64,000 nt of DNA from a virus: positions 1 through 64,000 of IMG/VR virus record IMGVR_UViG_3300031688_000003, one strand, 5' to 3'. The number at the start of each line of letters is the position of its first letter. The first letter of the stretch is position 1. Below are positions 60,501 through 64,000 of the stretch, one piece after another. The notes beneath the pieces are model-generated. The model did no database searches. It saw only the letters and a program-made list of their open reading frames with translations, and was not told the DNA's origin. Position numbers and translations under genes: made by a program.

Positions 60501-62488
60501 ATATAGATGATGGTGGTTTTGGAGATGTAACACTTAACAACCAGATACCAGGTAACTATCTAAAATCTCTAACAAATAACAATGGTAGATTTAATCTAAA
60601 AAACCCCAACATGAATAGACAAAAAGGAGGATCACTACCAAAAGCTCAATTGCAATATTATGATAAAGCTAAAAAAACATATGATTTTGTTAAAGGATTA
60701 TGGACTGTTGCTAAGCCTGTTTCAAAACTTGTAATACCAGGAAGGTCAGCTACTGATGTGGCTCATAAAATAAAACCATTAATTAATAGTTACCAAAAAC
60801 CAAATTCTGCTGGTGTTGCAAGTTTGATAAATCCTAACTGGACTGTTGATGAAGGTGGATTATATGAAGGTATGGATAGTAGAGTTAGAACATTTATAGA
60901 ACCAGGCCAGTATGGAATAAATGAACCTATAAGACTAATGGATGGTAATACTAGATTTCATTATGGACAGAGTCAAGGAAAAGATTGGGACGAATGGTAT
61001 AGAACATTTCAGCATAATAACCAATCTTTATATCCAGAGATAGCTGAAAAAAATCTTACTCTTGAAAATGGAACATGGAGACCTAAAACACAGCTTGAAC
61101 TTGATGATGATATACCAACAGAAGTTTGGGATCCTGTACAACAGAAATTTGTTAAACAAAATTTGAAAACAAGACCCTTTGCTGATCCCACATCCCTATA
61201 TAGAGCTGTTAATGCTCCTGATATTCAAACTGCTGAAAAGTTTGGAACTACAATTCCTTCACTCAATTCTGGTGCAGATGGGAGAAGGACAGGATATACC
61301 GACTTACAAAAAAACACTCCATATGATGTTTTATTTACAACACCCAATGCAGGTTGGATAGGTGGTTCAGGTGTTGATGATCCATATAATTTATTTAATT
61401 TATATGCAAAAAAAGATCAAGGAAAATTTATAGTTAAAATGCCAAGAACAAATGGTGCTGTTGAGAGTTTAACTCAAATTAATAATAGGACAGATATTTT
61501 AAACAATTCTCAATATCCGTACAGTGGAAACACTGGTTCAGTTTGGAATGAAGCAACTGGTAAATTTGATATACCTACACATCTTGGTTCAGGTATATTC
61601 AATACAGTCTCTGGTAAGCCTGATTTAAGTTTAATACCAGAAGGATCAATTGTTAATCCAAATTATTCAAGTTTTAATGGTAACCAGATAACTCCAATAT
61701 TTGGAACAAAAGGAACAACAGTTAGAAACGCACAAGATGTATTACCAATAGAAGACTATTTCAAAAAACTAAAAGAAGATCCTAATTGGAAATTTAATAA
61801 AGGAGGATCTGTAAAAGCTCAATATGTAGGTGAAACTAAAGAAGATATAGATTGGACAGGTACAACTCAAGGTGAGATACCAAGCAATGAACCAGACTTA
61901 GATCTTTTAAAGCAAGGTGTTGGTTATGCTGAAAGTCTTAATGGTGAGTTGATGATTAATTCTCAATCTACTGCAACAGGATTATATGGTCAAAGATTTT
62001 CTGAAGTAAAGAAAGGTAAATTATATGATGGAACAAGAGAAGAATTTGCTGTAGATCTTGATGCTCAAAACTCTTTATTTGAACAAAGATACAATGGAGA
62101 AATAAAAGATATACCAGGATTAAAACAAAGTGGTATAGATCTATATGAAGAGTATAACACACAAATAACAGACTTTCCATACTCAACAACTGAAGTTGCT
62201 GCACTGGTAAACTTCATAGGTAGACAAGGTACAAGAGACTACCTAGGATACGTTCTAAGAGACGGTAATACATTAGAATCAGTATTCCCTACTAAGTATG
62301 GATCAAAAGCAAATCAGTCAAATAAGACTCCAAATGAATATATCACTAAATTTAATGAAGGTTTAAATATAAAAAAGAAAGGAGGTGAAGTAGATAAGCT
62401 TACTGAAAGATTGATAAAGAAATATGAAGAAGGAGGAACACTTACACCTGCAGGAACTAAACATTTAAAGTCTCTAGGGATGATATAA
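54599..62488 (+). CDS. modular virion cargo polyprotein with repeated GGSLxKAQ linkers, ART-like domains and a lysozyme-like domain
   Basis: Position after the muzzle; seven linker copies; Y/F-R-G, aromatic-S/T and GYDAI...E motifs; AES...STATGLYGQ. Confidence 0.65.
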   Translation: MAYSIDGYKRDSKDVKKPSNLIPSGNITMKGVDFPVMGTDNLGNQQLMQPGLDYQFPGSEVFEQPMQNLTQDKPKNQVKKRKVDRDNKLITNWTSEMGDVSSHKMTSMSFTDDDGNPIYVAIPMLFPTIEGQETPDPASWTQFAEGDEMSAFEMAMQRGEVYYFNSEQESHKFAKGSWKTPNLKKRDGGLIKHQDIGSNNHIINNRDLSDPNRKFMKPTINLSNYDELEETLGDTSWVDIMSKMSEEEFNNFVAPYSKRTDSLNNLKRFTGDERWWAGNLANVISDEEYAKANENRKWTRDNHRKGNLPNYSEVAPLGKSTEDVFYDAEKAYYNTPVHTKEELNADFDTAYPYTFNSVAGTDPLNKIPWKNEMKDDPEKWEGSWSDYIRSTDIQPDYYEIGDITLAEESNPFHFVYDGGDQDGETVNTAVPDKGIKDIQDVRSHDEYMKWYDHHKKSGVLNNKSKKDMDYWEALTDKDNNVWTSNFKYTDASPRYKELDFLENPNMNISDGERGRLSDRSEQSLSRFETLTGRDRKMYNDNHLNEMEYFNSIGIFETPLDKPIAYYPKEERMELMKVLNDYEKKQNSENTAWTIDYKNSEFYGKERTYKYGGSLPKAQLKQVKNAYALTKSLIKGKQLGKVLNKSLKLNEFIPKASKAPIIPKNKIAYVTPINTDVNINIGNDIISNNKTVNADNKFSLQSDVFKNKIPLTRVLSSKGLRFTDGKLFSSTEPHTHYKSDSRGEEFPLRLKSTNRNTTHWSYGHIGNPGHGGGSWSKKSTAIINDYENLSKSGLALDLDPTDTWFYSKGNFEIPANSLILTRDKTLYKKIKKETNITNIKLFENTNNEDFESIVNSYSTRGGKGAYTRPTDDMINPKDQFFNAGEGEMIMRDYMIKNYSKGDDVSLTQTADHYKPHQWQGHDFDWVHPFTGKKSGITTMHPDFDHSYMDLGDPFGGGQSKAHSGSPLSTIERMEYNWGDNMTTNHGLYSSNNRWGNGDRSGSLDILAKLPKTIQVNEMEKVMKTYKNQREGLRLQQELAELNGFKSYKEFKNSISKQEWLDFKRDGGSLNKAQWWNPKNAYALANTISKSFKPAKSLLPKPSFKNINYQKLLPFTESGSTLVPQTHMSSGKEGTSMDLSETLNSIYADNKPMWFGPTATSNRYRMTDDNNKFIPTIPGQGGLFQVGSGRLGNTGKPGFDEIPFTEATMPFGGLANDGYHLNLETGLPNYNDPLMDHKLLTKNAFQNKIDGVFNPNTKFKIFKSDLSKGNHAMHQKWSDKELAKIKADGYDAIQLVDQNGNQIENILLNKEKFKINKINDMDVHIDNPEFKYGGSLPKAQWYNLKNAYNIGKGLVNTIKSPFINDLVQGSNKLYRGIGPAGYNSAVNTGKILSNVNPTAVNEGAFNLTKNFGNKTFFTPNVETASKYGDGYIAEINNDVNDFSNRYNSDWSQFTTDPVFLSQSNIYKMNMLGNYKRILSQNTVGDHSKINFLDNVKLRTNYTSSTGLDYYGHRNVKHNIKGGWPTQLEVEKLKKDSGLTLTQDNLRSYVEKIGKVGGGKYPKTTLYRYGDMATNAAGNKDMGYYSADPLDPLRYSERADRTFNGSVFKIDVENELLPEFYKGIGFGNQGKEPGFQSGTLFKEFEVPEDFLGKFGNQQTFKTLSDYKKWLNTVKQSGGSLTKHQVPKLIKGALDLGKKVKNIISPKNVNSIIDWSKVSPAILANKNLLSEYADIEMATKANATWMKNDDGTSFWGTPQQFIQVNSEAFKNSYPEGYKRVFRGESGTLKLTDPLYSGAADIESGNKGIFTANEGLAKLYTNDYRLGSNSSILQLAIPSVSDGSKYLNINGLGNDWTDLSSIGTTKKTLELNIKNLENNIKKDAEGFQWASGSGSLESYDVNKHLQSYKDFYNNYDEIVANPIYKKLLEFKEAAWENDKILNGGNLAGRQSFGTGDVGDFMEKSGLNNIRLNYIDDGGFGDVTLNNQIPGNYLKSLTNNNGRFNLKNPNMNRQKGGSLPKAQLQYYDKAKKTYDFVKGLWTVAKPVSKLVIPGRSATDVAHKIKPLINSYQKPNSAGVASLINPNWTVDEGGLYEGMDSRVRTFIEPGQYGINEPIRLMDGNTRFHYGQSQGKDWDEWYRTFQHNNQSLYPEIAEKNLTLENGTWRPKTQLELDDDIPTEVWDPVQQKFVKQNLKTRPFADPTSLYRAVNAPDIQTAEKFGTTIPSLNSGADGRRTGYTDLQKNTPYDVLFTTPNAGWIGGSGVDDPYNLFNLYAKKDQGKFIVKMPRTNGAVESLTQINNRTDILNNSQYPYSGNTGSVWNEATGKFDIPTHLGSGIFNTVSGKPDLSLIPEGSIVNPNYSSFNGNQITPIFGTKGTTVRNAQDVLPIEDYFKKLKEDPNWKFNKGGSVKAQYVGETKEDIDWTGTTQGEIPSNEPDLDLLKQGVGYAESLNGELMINSQSTATGLYGQRFSEVKKGKLYDGTREEFAVDLDAQNSLFEQRYNGEIKDIPGLKQSGIDLYEEYNTQITDFPYSTTEVAALVNFIGRQGTRDYLGYVLRDGNTLESVFPTKYGSKANQSNKTPNEYITKFNEGLNIKKKGGEVDKLTERLIKKYEEGGTLTPAGTKHLKSLGMI

Positions 62489-62523
62489 GAATGGATATAA
62501 TTAGACAATGTCCTAATAATTTA

Positions 62524-62532
62524 GTATATTAT
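62524..62532 (+). promoter_or_regulatory. putative late promoter GTATATTAT
   Basis: Exact copy, 35 nt before the ATG at 62568. Confidence 0.55.
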
Positions 62533-62567
62533 AAGTGTATAGTGCTAAATATTAATTAATTGAGCAA

Positions 62568-64000
62568 ATGGCAAAAGAATTTCCAGATAATAAAACTTTA
62601 GAAGTTTACCAGCAAGGTGGTGCTACTCAGAGTGTTAACTCATGTCCAGAAGCTATATCTGATGACATGATAAATATAGATAATAGAGAACGTTCTATTG
62701 TAAGATCTAACTATAGTAAATCAAATACAGAAAGCAAATGTGGAAATTGTATCTTTTTTGACATATCTAATAGGATAAAAAAGTGTGCAGATACTAAGTC
62801 AGATAATAAAGGATACTGCTGGGATCAAGAGTTTGTATGTGAATCTCAAAATATTTGTGATATGTGGGAAGAAGGTGGTCCAATCAAGTCTAACAAAGAC
62901 TCATATGCACAAGATGAATCCTCTAATGAGTTTGAACAAAATAAAGCAGAAGTTGAACAGATACAAACTCAGAAACAGATGCCTGTGTTTAATGAGTCTC
63001 AACAACAACCAATGGCTCCGCAACAAGGTGCACCACCTCAAGCAATGCCTCCTCAACAACAAGCTCCTGCACCACAAGAACAAATGCAACCTTCATTTGC
63101 ATATGGTGGATCTTTAAGGAAGGCTCAAGAGCAACATGAAACAAATCCTATAAATCCTGTAACAGGATTACCTTTTGAAGATGATATGTTGGCAGCAAAG
63201 AAAGAAAGAGATTTACAAGCTGCAAAAGAAAGAGAAGCAATATTAGCTCAACAAGGTCAAGATAATAATACAGATATATATGATGAAGCAAATCCTAAAG
63301 AAGCAGGTTCATCACTTAAAGATAAATATAAAAACTGGAGAACTAAAAGAGCAATAAAAAAATATCAAAAGAGTTTAATCCCAGAAGCTCCATTTATGAT
63401 GTATAACTCTGATCCTTCACAAGGTGTTCTAGGAGAGATAGGTAATTGGATGAAAAGTGCGAAGAAAGACTTTACTACTAATTGGGATAATAATAATAAG
63501 AAAAGTAACTATCAACAATTTAAAGTTTCAAATCCACATGATGATGTAAGATTCTTTGATCAAGATAATCCTGATGCACCACTGCTCAACTATGGCCAGA
63601 AGAATTCTAATGATTATAACAAGTTCTCTACTGACAGAACATCAGCATTTCCAGAACTATATCAAATATCATCTATGGATAATGAAGGTAACATAAGTTA
63701 CACAGGAGAGAAGTTGTTAGGGGATATGGTTGAAACAGAATACATGCCTGATGCTGTTCACATTCAACATACTGAAGATGGAACAGGAGTTACAGGAGCA
63801 TACATATATACTGGAATGAGTGATGCTGGAAAAAAAGAATATGAGTTTGTTCCTTTTGATAAAGAAAATCCTACTCAGATTTCAGTTGGACCATCTAAGC
63901 AAAAACGTGCTGAACAAGAAATGGCAGATAAGAATATATGTATAAATGCAGGTGGTGAATGGGATGCTGGAGTATGTACATATCCTGATGAGACAACTAA
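62568..64000 (+). CDS. putative virion cargo protein, partial (absent from ORF track, no stop in window)
   Basis: Manual translation MAKEFPDNKTLEVYQQGG... open to the window end (477 codons); Cys domain, Gln/Pro linker, FAYGGSLRKAQ. Confidence 0.8.
   Translation, partial: MAKEFPDNKTLEVYQQGGATQSVNSCPEAISDDMINIDNRERSIVRSNYSKSNTESKCGNCIFFDISNRIKKCADTKSDNKGYCWDQEFVCESQNICDMWEEGGPIKSNKDSYAQDESSNEFEQNKAEVEQIQTQKQMPVFNESQQQPMAPQQGAPPQAMPPQQQAPAPQEQMQPSFAYGGSLRKAQEQHETNPINPVTGLPFEDDMLAAKKERDLQAAKEREAILAQQGQDNNTDIYDEANPKEAGSSLKDKYKNWRTKRAIKKYQKSLIPEAPFMMYNSDPSQGVLGEIGNWMKSAKKDFTTNWDNNNKKSNYQQFKVSNPHDDVRFFDQDNPDAPLLNYGQKNSNDYNKFSTDRTSAFPELYQISSMDNEGNISYTGEKLLGDMVETEYMPDAVHIQHTEDGTGVTGAYIYTGMSDAGKKEYEFVPFDKENPTQISVGPSKQKRAEQEMADKNICINAGGEWDAGVCTYPDETT

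Noticed and set aside
54599-62488. Virion RNA polymerase of crAss-like phages
   Set aside because: No DxDxD catalytic motif or continuous polymerase-sized domain; such a gene may lie beyond the window
2432-63117. Numerous antisense or alternate-frame ORFs in the track (e.g. 2656..3111, 7184..7426, 8111..8515, 24038..24424, 24669..25016, 43143..43574, 52781..53131, 62785..63117)
   Set aside because: They overlap well-supported genes, lack leaders and have shadow-ORF composition
1-64000. Stop-codon reassignment, as in some crAss-like phages
   Set aside because: Code 11 gives uninterrupted ORFs up to 2629 aa, and TAG/TGA end genes cleanly (e.g. MCP TAG followed by a terminator)
1-64000. CRISPR array or tRNA genes
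   Set aside because: No regularly spaced repeat-spacer units and no T-loop GTTCRA cloverleaf found by eye; the 6794-6864 structure lacks tRNA consensus

Overview
This 64 kb window is very AT-rich bacteriophage DNA in the standard genetic code, with the gene order of a crAss-like (Crassvirales-type) podovirus of a Bacteroidota host. Host evidence: TAnnTTTG promoters, A-rich leaders without Shine-Dalgarno sites, a Bacteroidota-style GroEL and flavobacterial-type LRR modules. Bases 1-14.6 kb are almost all minus strand and hold replication/early genes: primase, AAA ATPase, DnaB-type helicase, SF2 helicase, HNH, GroEL and many small membrane peptides. From 14.7 kb everything is plus strand: PhoH, a putative endolysin, HU/IHF, a PD-(D/E)xK nuclease, GroES, terminase, portal, scaffold, major capsid, ring/hub proteins, very large tail proteins and a 2521-aa muzzle with inserted vWA domains, then the presumed virion cargo region. 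The most striking object is the 2629-aa ORF at 54599-62488. It reads as a polyprotein: seven copies of a GG-S-L-x-K-A/H-Q linker separate unrelated 190-450 aa modules, several with ADP-ribosyltransferase-like motifs and one lysozyme-like. The same linker recurs in the next ORF. All family assignments come from motif recognition by eye; no database search was run.
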